Source: Macrostomum lignano
Lineage: Eukaryota
DNA length: 64,000 nucleotides
Direction of reading: 5' to 3'
Assembly: GCA_002269645.1 (NCBI GenBank)
Contig: NIVC01002718.1
Coordinates: 62,001 to 126,000 of the forward strand
How positions within the stretch are numbered: position 1 is the stretch's first letter; every line of letters begins with the position of its first letter. Under the pieces are notes generated by a model. The model was given only the letters and a program-made list of their open reading frames with translations, searched no databases and had not been told where the DNA came from. Of the stretch, positions 32,901 to 43,937 are shown piece after piece. A program made the position numbers and the translations under genes.

Positions 32901-35900
32901 CTCCCCGCCATGCAGTCTCACCCGCCGTCTTCCCCTCCCCGCCATGCAGTCTCACCCGCCGTCTTCCCCTCCCCGCCATGCAGTCTCACCCGCCGTCCCG
33001 GCTCGGGCTGCGGTTCCTCGTCGCCCGCCTGTTGCTCCTCGTCCTCGGCGGGCTCCACCCGGCTGAAATGACGTCACGATTCGGATGAATGCTCGGCTTG
33101 AGTTCCGCGAGGACTTAAAAGAAGAGGAACCGAAACTCTATCCTCCTCTGTCCCCCGAGTCTCATCGTGCGGGACTCGGCATATTCAAACAGTATCAGTT
33201 TAAAAGTACAAATTCTGGGCTTAGACCTTGTTTGTAACATTTTTGGTCAAGTTTGGATGACAGATTAGAGGGAGACAGGTAGCTAAGGATATTGACGATA
33301 GGTCGTTAAGGAACTGGAAACGAAGGAGTGCGGCCTGCTTTAAGCGAGCCGGGGGATGGGGAAAACATTTTCCTATAAAGAGGCGGTCGGCGCGCGGGGT
33401 GAACTCGCGAGTACAGAGGGGACATTTCCTGGAAAGTCGCGGCAAAACTTTTCGAGGTTGTAAGTCGGGAGATAATTGGGGCTTCAAAGGGACGGATTGT
33501 TGGAGTGCGTCAGAATTCTTATTATTTGTATAGAAATTATAGGAGTAGTGACTCTATACATTAGGGAGTTAGCCACAGGTCGGCTTGGCAGTTAGAGGAT
33601 TAGTCGCTTAGGTATTAGAGGATTAGTCGATTGTAGGTATTAGAGGACCAGTCGCTTATGTATTAGAGGATCAGTCGCTTAGGTATTAGAGGATCAGTCG
33701 CTTAGGTATTAGAGGATTAGTCGCTTAGGTATTAGAGGACCAGTCACTTAGGTATTAGAGGATCAGTCGCTTAGGTATTAGAGGATCAGTCGCTTAGGTA
33801 TTAGAGGATCAGTCGCTTGAGTATTAGAGGATCAGTCGCTTGGGTATTAGAGGATTAGTCGCTTAGATATTAGAGGATCAGTCGCTTGGGTATCAGAGGA
33901 TTAGTCGCTTAGGTATTAGAAGATTAGTCGCTTAGATATTAGAGGATCAGTCGCTTGGGTATCAGAGGATTAGTCGCTTAGGTATTAGAAGATTAGTCGC
34001 TTAGATATTAGAGGATCAGTCGCTTAGGTATTAGAAGATTAGTCGCTTAGATATTAGAGGATCAGTCGCTTGGGTATCAGAGGATTAGTCGCTTAGGTAT
34101 TAGAGGATCAGTCGCTTAGGTATTAGAGGATTAGTCGCTTAGATATTAGAGGATCAGTCGCTTGGGTATTAGAGGATTTGTCGCTTAGGTATTAGAAGAT
34201 TAGTCGCTTAGGTATTAGAGGATCAGTCGCTTAGGTATTAGAGGATCAGTCGCTTGGGTATTAGAAGATTAGTCGCTTAGGTATTAGAGGATCAGTCGCT
34301 TAGGTAATAAAGCATTAGTTTAGGTATTAGGGATTAGAGTCCTAAGAACCTTAACAAACTGATTCTGCATTCTGCAGCAGAACATCTGTCTTCCAGAAGA
34401 TAGGGCATTGCTACGCAGCTGTCAATCAAAAATTGGGCGTCACCAACCACTGGCAGCGGCACTTCTTCTCCAGCTCGGCCAGCTTGTTCATCAGCCTGGG
34501 GTTCAGGACCATCAGCACGATGTACACGATGTACAGAACCAGCAGGACCACAGCGTCCCAGATCTGCACTACCGAATCGTACATCATCACGATGAAGTAG
34601 ATGATGGAGATCAGGTAAAAGATGGAGTCCCTGACTAGCGGTCTCCAGTCCAGGTGTAAAACCTGATGGTTGCGTGGGCGGTTGGAGATCTTTCTTAGCA
34701 GTTAGGGAATTTGGGATATTTAGTGTAATTTGGGATGTCTAAATGGTATTGGGGATATTTAGTGTAATTTGTAATGTCTAGATTGAATTGGGGATATTTA
34801 GTGTAATTTGGGATGTCTAGATGGAACTGGGGATATTTAGTGTAATTTGAGATGTCTAGATGGAATTGGGGATATTTAGTGTAATTTGGGATGTCTAAAT
34901 GGAATTAGGATATTTAGTGTAATTTGGTGTGTCCATATGGATTTGGGGATATTTTGATGCAATTGAAGAATATTTATTTATGCTCTATGTATTATTTTGA
35001 CGGAATCAAGGAATATTTCTGTGCAAATGAAAAAAAATTGAAAATTGGAGAAATAGCTCGTATATTAAGAATATTAGTTATGGGTAGGCTGCCTGGGTTG
35101 AAACGCGATTGAAACGCTCTACATTTGTCCGCCGTCACTGTCTATGGTTGAAGCATATTTCAATTATATTCAATTCATCACTTATAGCCACTGTATATTT
35201 CACTGCCAACAAACAAAAGACCAAACACAACAGGAATCAAACACGAAGTAAACGAAATAATTCAGTAAATAACGCTTGGAAGCTCAAAATGATATGTGGC
35301 TGGAGAGTTCATCAATAGTTACTTTAATAGTTACATCTGTCAGTTAGCGTGGTGTAATGTTGAATGTGCAATTCTCAAATTTGCATTTCTCAAAAACGCT
35401 CGCCTGGTTGGCACCAATCGATACGCCCTGGTTAGCTACAATTGACCCAGGCATGCCCAACGCAGTCGTATTTTGTGACAGTACGATGCATCCAGCAGTC
35501 GAACTTGCTCCCGCGTTGCTGGCGCTCTGACCAGCCGATGCCAGGGTTTGTTCCGCAGTGCCAGAGAGTCGCCCACTGATTGCTCGGGATAGGTTGACTT
35601 TTTTGGAGAACTTCAATCTCTTGTTGTAATGTTCAACGCTCTCCGCTCGTTTGTGACCGGTCACGGCTTGAATCTCGGAAACGCTGACGCCATCCTCCAT
35701 CAAGTTGGTTACAACGGAGGCGCGTATGCAATGATTGGTGTGAGCACGATTGCTCAGTCCCGCCAGCTCACACAATTTCTTCATGAACTCATTAAGCCAG
35801 TGTTTGCCGAGTACAAGGCTCTTGTGATACCAGAAACCTTCCATGGAAAACCCTCGTTCCAGCGGTTTAGGCCACAGACAACCGACGTCATCTGGTATTT

Positions 35901-38900
35901 TTGCCAGGTACATCTCCATCGCACGAACCGGACACGTATTCGGGTCAGTCGGCGTTTCGGCCAAAATGATCGACTTTCGTGTGGTTGGGTCGTCCGCCGT
36001 TACTGTCTTCTCCACACCATCCTTCACCAAGTCGATATATCAAACTCCATCGCATTCGTCAATCCTCACGTCGGCCTTCGTCAATCCCCTCAGCCACTCA
36101 CGGCCCCTGAAGCCGAATCCATACACGATTTTAAACAGAACCTCGAATTGTAGACGTGTCGGTGTCGTACGGTCGAAATACACACGCAGCCGATGGAAGT
36201 CAGAGTCATCAATTGGACAGTACGTAGACGCATTGCCTATAGACGTTTTCTCCCTCAGAGCCGTCATCAGGCATGCCTTGTACGTCCGTTCAAACGACAA
36301 AAATTCGGTGTTACCTATAATTCGCACGTTCCTTGTCTCCAGCACGTACCGATGAATAGACGCCCTGAAGCACACCAGACTTCGGACAGCGTATGGCTTG
36401 CCTTCCTGAGTCCTCAGTGACACAAACCACAGCCGCATATAGGCACAAAGATAGCGGATCGGCATTGTTTCGATGTTGTCCGGCAGTTTCTGGTCCACCA
36501 GATATTTTTTGAAGCGCTTCACATGGAGAGCGGTTTGATCCGTGGTCGATTTGCGTTTGGCAGCCTCTTCGACGTCTTGCACAGCAGCTTCCTCTTCTTC
36601 CGTCAGTTCCCGCAGAAGCTCGGCATTATTCAGAATGCTTGGATTGGACAATTCTGCGTCAATCAACTCCTGCTGTCTTACGGTCACACCGGTCCACTGA
36701 CTAACTTCTTCACCAGGATCACGATGGCAAAGTTGCTGCAGAAACTCAATCTCATTCATTTCTAAACCGCTAATATCTTCCTCTAGTATTGATTCCCAGT
36801 GAAACATGGCTAATTCCGAACCTTAAAGCTGTTTAAATCTTATTCTCTCTCCCACCCACCAAGAGAAGAATGGAGGAATCTAGCACGCTGACGAGTGCGT
36901 CAATGGCTGAAACACGAGTGCGCGTAGCGCACGAGGGTTTTTGCCATAGACGCACAAGTCAAAGTGCTTGATTCCCATTCTTATTTGATTCAACATGTGT
37001 GGCTAAAGTAGACAAGGGTGCAGCTGGGAGTGTGGAGTTAGACTTGAACCATAGAAAAAATATGCGCGAGCTAGTCTGAACATTCTTGCACGATGGAAAG
37101 AAGACTATGCTTGTAGTCTATGGCTGTTATGCTAAATATAGAAACATTGCGCATTACATTCTTGCACGATTGACATTCCTGCACGGAGTGCACATGCAAA
37201 TTCAAGGTGCTTTTACCATAGACACTTGCATTTCTGCACGCATATGGCGACTTCCAAAGCATTCTTGCACGAGTGCGGGAATGACATCTGCACGAGTGCG
37301 CGCTAGCGCACGAGTGCACGATGTCCTTCACGCACGAGTGAACGTGAAGGAATTCCATTGTCGGATGATTCATCGTGCAGGAATGCACAAAACCGTGCAG
37401 GAATGCATTTCTGCGCCTAATGCTTTTTCAGTGAGATTTTACCATAGACATCCATTCCTGCACGCAAAAGAGTGCAAGAATGCCATTCTTGCATGGAAAA
37501 TCAGCCGACAATGCTTCAAACTCTATTTGGGTTTCAACCATAGACAGTCTCCGCGGACTGCGAAACCGCCACGAAGCATATAGCTAAAGCTTTTTCAACC
37601 ATAGACAGTTTCTGTGGACGTGAAACCCATGGATGAATGAATAGAATGGATTGCTATTCTGGCTCTGGCTATTTTCGTTTTTGACTCTTTTGCATCCGGT
37701 TCCCCCCGTGCCTTTTCATTGGTTGATGATTGCCATAGACAATTTTCGGCCTTCGCCCCTTTCTTTCGATGCACAAGCGCAAAGAACTGAGAATTTCAAC
37801 ATCATCATCATATGGCAATCATCAACCAATGAAAAGGCACGGGGGGGGAACTGGATGCAAAAGAGTCAAAAACGAAAATAGCCAGAGCCAGAATAGCAAT
37901 CCATTCTATTCATTCATCCATGGTGAAACCGCGTTGTGCGTCCGCGCTTTAGCCTAACCCATAACGCGCCGAGGCTTTTCAGTTCATTTCAGTCCTCAGC
38001 AGCCAGTCTATATTAATATATTATGAATTGACCGTATTTTTTCTATATCTATGACTTTTGCGAGGATTTGAGACATATTTGCCTCGGAAGCACTGCAACT
38101 TCTTTATCGAAGTGGATTTTAACGAGAGACTCTTTCTTTATGGTCAAAATTTTCTAAGAAAGTTGCACTAATTAAAAATTCACCTTTCCCGCGAAAGCGG
38201 CAGTCAAAGAGATGATCACAAGCAGGTTGAAGACGGCGGAACTGAAATATTATAAAAATTCTCAGCAGATTAAAATAATTTGATTAAACTTTCTTGCCAA
38301 CTGCCTGAGTCAGTCAAAGTCGAATCTGCATTTGATTACAACAGAGTAAATGAGGAATATGAGGGAGAGTTGATGAGGTAGATGGGGAGAGTAGATGAGG
38401 GAGATGAAGGAGAGTAGATGATGGAGACGGGGAGAGTAGATGAGAAAGATGGAGGAGAGTAGATGGGAGAGATAGGGGAGAGTAGATGATGGAGATAGGG
38501 AGAGTAGGTGAGGAAGACAGTGAGAGTAGATAAGGGAGACGGGGAGAGTAGATAAGGGAGACGGGGAGAGTAGATAAGGGAGACGGGGAGAGTAGATAAG
38601 GGAGACGGGGAGAGTAGATAAGGGAGACGGGGAGAGTAGATAAGGGAGACGGGGAGAGTAGATAAGGGAGACGGGGAGAGTAGATAAGGGAGACGGGGAG
38701 AGTAGATAAGGGAGACGGGGAGAGTAGATAAGGGAGACGGGGAGAGTAGATAAGGGAGACGGGGAGAGTAGATAAGGGAGACGGGGAGAGTAGATAAGGG
38801 AGACGGGAGAGTAGATAAGGGAGACGGGGAGAGTAGATAAGGGAGACAGTGAGAGTAGACGAAGGAGACAGTGAGAGTAGATGAGAGAGACGCACCCAGC

Positions 38901-40936
38901 GATGGTGCCGACCCCGGCGTCAGAGTCGAAGGCCACGGCGGCCACTGAGCTGAACAGCTCGGGTGCTGAGCTGCCCGCCGCCATGAAGGTCGCGCCGGCC
39001 ACGTCCTCCGAGAGGTTCAGCTTCTCCGAGATGATCTCCAGCGAGGGCACGAAGAAGTCGTCGCACACAATGGCCACGGCTGCGGGATGGGAGGAAAATC
39101 GGCTCTGGTGCACCTCTGACTGCACCTGTGACTGCACCTCTGACTGCACCTCTGACTGCACCTCTGACTGCACCTCTGACTGCACCTCTGACTGCACCTC
39201 TGACTGCACCTGTGACTGCACCTCTGACTGCACCTGTGACTGCACCTCTGACTGCACCTCTGACTGCACCTGTGACTGCACCTCTGACTGCACCTCTGAC
39301 TGCACCTGTGACTGCACCTGTGACTGCACCTGTGACTGCACCTGTGACTGCACCTCTGACTGCACCTCTGACTGCACCTCTGACTGCACCTGTGACTGCA
39401 CCTCTGACTGCACCTCTGACTGCACCTCTGACTGCACCTCTGACTGCACCTCTGACTGCACCTGTGACTGCACCTCTGACTGCACCTCTGACTGCACCTC
39501 TGACTGCACCTCTGACTGCACCTCTGACTGCACCTCTGACTGCACCTGTGACTGCACCTCTGACTGCACCTCTGACTGCACCTGTGACTGCACCTCTCAT
39601 CCACTAAATTAATCACCCATTGCCTTTTACACTTCTTTATTTCCTTCACCTAGAATCGCTGAAGTTAATCCCAATCTCAACCCGGCCTCAAGCAGACTGT
39701 TCGATAATCAATCCCCAAAAATTATCGCCCTTATATAATCATGAGAAGTGAAACTCTAGAACAACCGGTCAGGACCGCTGCTAACTGCAATTCTCAGATC
39801 GATTTAATCGGAAGCTCAGTGTTACATTTTTAGGCTAATCACTGTAAAGGAACTGCGCAAGAAGATAGCAGTATAATCCTGCATGAAATATAGCGTATTT
39901 TTCCTGGAAGCAGATTATGGCTCGCAGTTTATGGCCACGCCCTGTATGGGCATCACTTCCTGCACGATCGGCCACTTCCCGAAGTTCGCACAGGCAGAAG
40001 CGGCACACAGAGCCCCCCGCATAAAGTTTCATATTGCTTAATCTACCTTCGTAATCTTCTCTAATCCGCCTTGAGATAATCCCCTTAACTGCCGCCGTCT
40101 GCGGAGGCGCTCTTCATTGCACATCTACCCTCTGCCTAGCCCAAGAAACCTTAGAGGTCCTCTGTCAGATTTTCAGGAAATTTTCCTCCCTCGATTTTCC
40201 GTTTTGCAGGCTGGTCTTGAGAGCTGAACCTCCTATAAAGTGAGACTCTGCAGGCTTGTCCACCGCCCAGCTACCCTCCCTTACAGCCTCGCGGTCGTCT
40301 TGACAACCTCGACAGAAAGAGGCTGCAATCAGTTTCCTATTTGAAAGATAGTTAGGAACTGTCTTCCCACCCCGCCTGCCTGAAGAGGCGGACAGACAGG
40401 CTAGAGAACTGCCTGCCCTTATTATTAGTAAAACCTCTTGGCCCCCGAGGGCCTTATAACGAGACAGTGCCGTTTAACCGGTAAATAAAGAAATAGTTGC
40501 TATGCGTATATACATGTACAAGATTACTTTAACTTAGCGGCAGCTCAGGAAGGCAGCCCAGCCTACTCCAGCCTCGTGTTTAACGCCCAACCTCCTTCAT
40601 CTCAAATGCCACTTAAAGGGAGGCTTGAACTGTAAGTTCCGCTTAGAGACGGAATCAAGTGGAATCAAGTGGAGAATAATCCTGTTTAATTAAGAGGCGT
40701 GTTGTAGAGGACTCAGAAGTGCGCAGCCTTCACTAAGGACTTCAAAGTCTCAGGCTAAATCGATGCTCGTGTACCTGTTAAATCTAGCATTTTTATGCGC
40801 TGATGTACATCACTCACCGCTGAAGATGATGATGCTGCACACACACACTGATTTGTACCTCACTCACCGATGAATATCATGATGCTGCACACACATACTG
40901 ATATGTACATCACTCACCGATGAAGATCATGATAGT

Positions 40937-40996
<60 letters not shown>

Positions 40997-42286
40997 ATAT
41001 GTACATCACTCACCGATGAAGATGATGATGGTGCACACAATGTACAGCACAATCCAGCCGCCAAGATTTCCAGTCGCCTTCTCAGTGTCGCAGGTCTCCC
41101 AGGCCACTACGGCCTTGGTGCTGGAGTTCTTCCTCTCGCACTTGTAGTTGTAGTAGGTGGCGTTCGGGTCAGACGAAGATGATGAAGCCGAAAGCAGTCG
41201 CCGACTTCCCGGAGCAGCGGCGGCGGCGGCCGCCGCGGCAGCGACGGATGGCTGCCGTATCGACCTGCCAACTCCAATTTTAGCCATCTGGTCGTCGCCA
41301 TGGAGACGGCGAAGAATGATGCCGGCAGTGGCTGCGGGTGCATTGGAGTTTCGAATAAAAATCTTATTGAAAACCGAGCACCCCGGCGGGGGGGGGGGCG
41401 GAGTGCTAGTCCATATACTAAATCGGTTAGGCTTGCTCAATCGCGCAAGCTATATTTAGACTGCTAGAAATAATTCCTTCGATAAAAGGGTGCGAATTAA
41501 TTTCTTTTAGCAGAAGAATTATTTCTATAGGTAGAATATATGCTCAGGATTGAAGACTTTAACAAAGAGTGATTATTGCGACAAAACCTGCATAACTGGG
41601 CTGTAGAAATATTGCCTACAGTTAGTAACCATGCCAATGGCGTTTCTAAAAAATCCGAAATGAAAAATCTATTTTAGTAATTAAATTCTTCTTAGGCGTA
41701 ACAAAGTGGGCAAGTGGCGGAAAATTCACAAAATTCACTAACTTCGACTTATTTAATATATGAATGTTGTAAGCGTCACGTCAAACACCTTGTGGACTTT
41801 CACAGCTCACAGCCCAGATTTCAAAAGTCATACGGAGAGTCACGAGGGTCAAAGGCCCCCTCCCAACCTACATGTATAGAGGCTGCTTGGCCAGGCAGAA
41901 AGAGGAGGCAAAGCAGGTGCATAATTAGTTTAATTAAGCAATTCCCCTGCCCCACTCAGCCTCGCGATGCAGAGAAAATGATGAATGATGAAGCCTTTCT
42001 TAGCAAATTAATCCCTTAATAATTTAGTTCTTCCTCTGAATCGGTCAGCCCGGCAAGTATAAAAGTTCCCAAAGTACGGAATCCCATAATCTCAAATCCC
42101 AGTAAGTCACTCCAAAACAAACTTAACGCAGCACTCACCTGACCGGCTCGCCAGCCACAGGCAGGTGATGAGGCACATGCTGATGAGGCAGCAGACCAGC
42201 GGCCTGGGCCGGGGTACCGCTTTGCCGTAGTCCAGGGCTCGATTCCACTGGCCCTTGCGCGCCGTGGCGCGAAACAGGCGCGCCAT
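26926..42286 (-). CDS. SLC24A: K+-dependent Na+/Ca2+ exchanger (SLC24/NCKX), 13 exons: 42139-42286, 41014-41331, 38896-39079, 38184-38241, 34444-34662, 32990-33062, 32487-32657, 30915-31025, 30514-30741, 29292-29665, 28827-28980, 27788-27958, 26926-27132
   Basis: Alpha-1 repeat ([31 protein letters not shown]) and alpha-2 repeat (AAGTSVPDLLSS with the K+-dependence Asp, [13 protein letters not shown]). GT-AG junctions are phase-consistent except exon 5/6, where a phase-2 donor upstream of 34444 is needed. Confidence 0.9.
27205..27530. repeat. About 28-bp degenerate minisatellite TTTCCTTTCCGGTGTTATCCTCCCGGTG (NCKX intron 12)
   Basis: Directly visible. Confidence 0.85.
28010..28800. repeat. 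29/30-bp alternating minisatellite CACTCTGGACT... (NCKX intron 11)
   Basis: Directly visible. Confidence 0.9.
29747..30205. repeat. 16-bp minisatellite TTGGTGAAGTGTCTGG (NCKX intron 9)
   Basis: 16-bp period (29941, 29957). Confidence 0.92.
31494..32425. repeat. 42-bp minisatellite CTAGATTAGCAATCCATTCTAATCCTTCATCCATGATGCAGG, about 22 copies (NCKX intron 7)
   Basis: Directly visible; gives 14-aa repeats in the spurious ORFs. Confidence 0.95.
32760..32998. repeat. 34-bp repeat spanning the exon 6 end and 5' splice site (NCKX intron 6)
   Basis: Minus-strand unit GCGGGGAGGGGAAGACGGCGG|GTGAGACTGCATG. Confidence 0.85.
33590..34305. repeat. 23-bp minisatellite TATTAGAGGATCAGTCGCTTAGG (NCKX intron 5)
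   Basis: Directly visible. Confidence 0.92.
34708..34950. repeat. About 38-bp minisatellite GGGATATTTAGTGTAATTTGGGATGTCTAGATGGAATT (NCKX intron 4)
   Basis: About 6 copies. Confidence 0.8.
35137..37609 (-). mobile_element. Crypton-type tyrosine-recombinase transposon inserted in NCKX intron 4 (boundaries approximate)
   Basis: YR ORF bracketed by a 16-bp inverted repeat: ACTGTCTATGGTTGAA at 35137-35152 versus TTCAACCATAGACAGT at 37533-37548 and 37594-37609. Confidence 0.65.
35344..36807 (-). pseudogene. Crypton (DUF3504-like) tyrosine recombinase, about 486 aa, with one in-frame TGA at 36040-36042
   Basis: [16 protein letters not shown] (catalytic R), [18 protein letters not shown] (HxxR), VTGHK (H) and EHY (Y). 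ORFs 36040-36807 and 35344-36030 are in the same frame. Confidence 0.85.
37627..37923. mobile_element. Foldback/MITE-like element: about 111-bp inverted arms (37627-37737 and 37811-37923) around a 73-bp spacer
   Basis: Arms are reverse complements apart from a homopolymer length difference and one substitution. Confidence 0.85.
38345..38890. repeat. 22-bp minisatellite GAGAGTAGATAAGGGAGACGGG (NCKX intron 3)
   Basis: Directly visible; abuts the exon 3 donor. Confidence 0.92.
39107..39597. repeat. 12-bp minisatellite TGCACCT(C/G)TGAC (NCKX intron 2)
   Basis: About 40 copies. Confidence 0.95.
40801..41040. repeat. 50-bp repeat of the exon 2 end plus donor, with an embedded (CA)n
   Basis: CTCAC donor complements at 40813, 40863, 40913 and 41009 (real). 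Confidence 0.85.
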
Positions 42287-42497
42287 GCTGGGGGAACTGA
42301 CGGGAGGAAAGGCGGTCAGTCCAGCTCAGCCGGAGGGAAGTCAGCTTGGGAAAGCGGGGATTCTGTGTTATGAATAAAGGACTCGAGTTCCCTATGGGGA
42401 AGCCGCACTTCCGTGCTGTGTGGCCATTGGCTGATCGCAGTAGCCTCTTCTATGAGTGCGGCTTCCTCAGGGCTATCGTTCTCTGCCGCTCTTCTGT

Positions 42498-42571
42498 CCG
42501 TCTGCCTGCCTGCCTGCCTGGCTGCCTGCCTGTCTGTTAGTCTGTCCGTCTGTCTGGCTGGGTGCCTGTCC

Positions 42572-42642
<71 letters not shown>

Positions 42643-42651
42643 CGTCCGTCC

Positions 42652-42719
<68 letters not shown>

Positions 42720-42774
42720 TTCTTAGTGTCTAAGTGTCTGTCTGTCTGTCTGTGTCTGTGTGTCTGTTTGTCTG

Positions 42775-42819
<45 letters not shown>

Positions 42820-42860
42820 CACTACATCTGCTGAGTTATCTGCATGCATGTCTGTTTCTT
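42498..42860. repeat. Interrupted (CTGT)n microsatellite
   Basis: Directly visible. Confidence 0.9.
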
Positions 42861-43937
42861 TGCCTCGAACGCCGTTAAAAGACAGACTCAAAATCGAGTC
42901 CCTGCTGCAGCCGCATCACTATTAACTCTTCAATCAGCTGCCTCCGCGCAGCTGAGCTAGCAAAGCCGGGAAGCTCGCCCCCTCCCTCGAGAAACTCGAA
43001 CTTGATTTGAAACATAAAAAGGGAACGAATGCTGTTTGATTAAGGGGAGCAGCCAGCTGTCCGGGGGGTTGGGAGCAGCTGCGCTAGTTTGCAAAAAAAA
43101 CGTAAAACTTCGAACGTGACCACGGGCAGGTCCCGAAACGCCCCGCTCCCACTTGAAGCAATCCTGCCTGACAAAGGAAGCGATCTATCGAGAATACACA
43201 GCAAGAGGCAGCGCTTACCTGTAAAGTCGGTGCTGGGCTCCTGTGCTGCCCGTCCCCTGAACAAGATCGCGCGCTTCGCCTTAAAAATGAACAGGAGAAG
43301 GACAGACAGGCAGCAGATAGGGAGGGGGTTAAGTAGGGCAACAGACAATGTCGCCTATGGTGACAACAACTGGCCGCGCGTGCGTTTTAAGAAAATGCAC
43401 CAATCGGTGCGCCCAGCCTCTTTTCAGGAGAAAAAACTTACTCAAACCCACCCACCGGCTCAATAGTAAGCGGCCTCGGTGAAAAAACCTAATTCTAAAA
43501 GAAGTGTTTGCTTAGGTCTTGGTGCATCTTTTCTAGCTAAAAGATGGAGCCCCAACCCCTCCTTACCTGTCCGAGCACTTTCGGCACCGTTAAAGCCTCC
43601 TCGTCATCATCTCTGGCCCTCTGCCGCTGCAGCTGCAGCAATCTGTCTAAATTTAACCGGACAATTAGAGACTGGCGCAGAGCCCTCAACTCAACCTACC
43701 TAGCTTTCCTAGCTCAAAAACTTGTTCGCAGCTCAACTGCAGAGCCAACAGTGATTTCTAAACTATATATGCTGTTGTGTGACGCGGTTCTCATTTGCTT
43801 TATGCTGCTATGTTTGTTATAATGCATATAGCCCGCAATATTCGTATGGGTCATTGCTATAGCCTTTAATGGATCATTAATATGGTACTGTTGTTAATGT
43901 GCTTCCTTAGGCTTGCTTTGCTACAAAATAAATAGGA

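Noticed and set aside
33221-33487. KCPLCTREF...LFIGKC segment resembling a LINE C-terminal zinc knuckle
   Set aside because: Too degenerate to support; no RT or TSD nearby. It may be an old remnant.
35629-36765. Plus-strand ORFs opposite the recombinase
   Set aside because: Antisense shadows without recognisable motifs.
38310-39649. Long QSEV / CTSD / GAVR / TAPL repeat ORFs
   Set aside because: 12-bp and 22-bp intronic arrays read through around the true exon 38896-39079.
39835-40500. RGHKLR-like motif suggesting a CR1/L2 3' remnant
   Set aside because: Only a short motif; insufficient without a search.
43040-43470. Possible decayed LINE 3' end
   Set aside because: No convincing domain motif.
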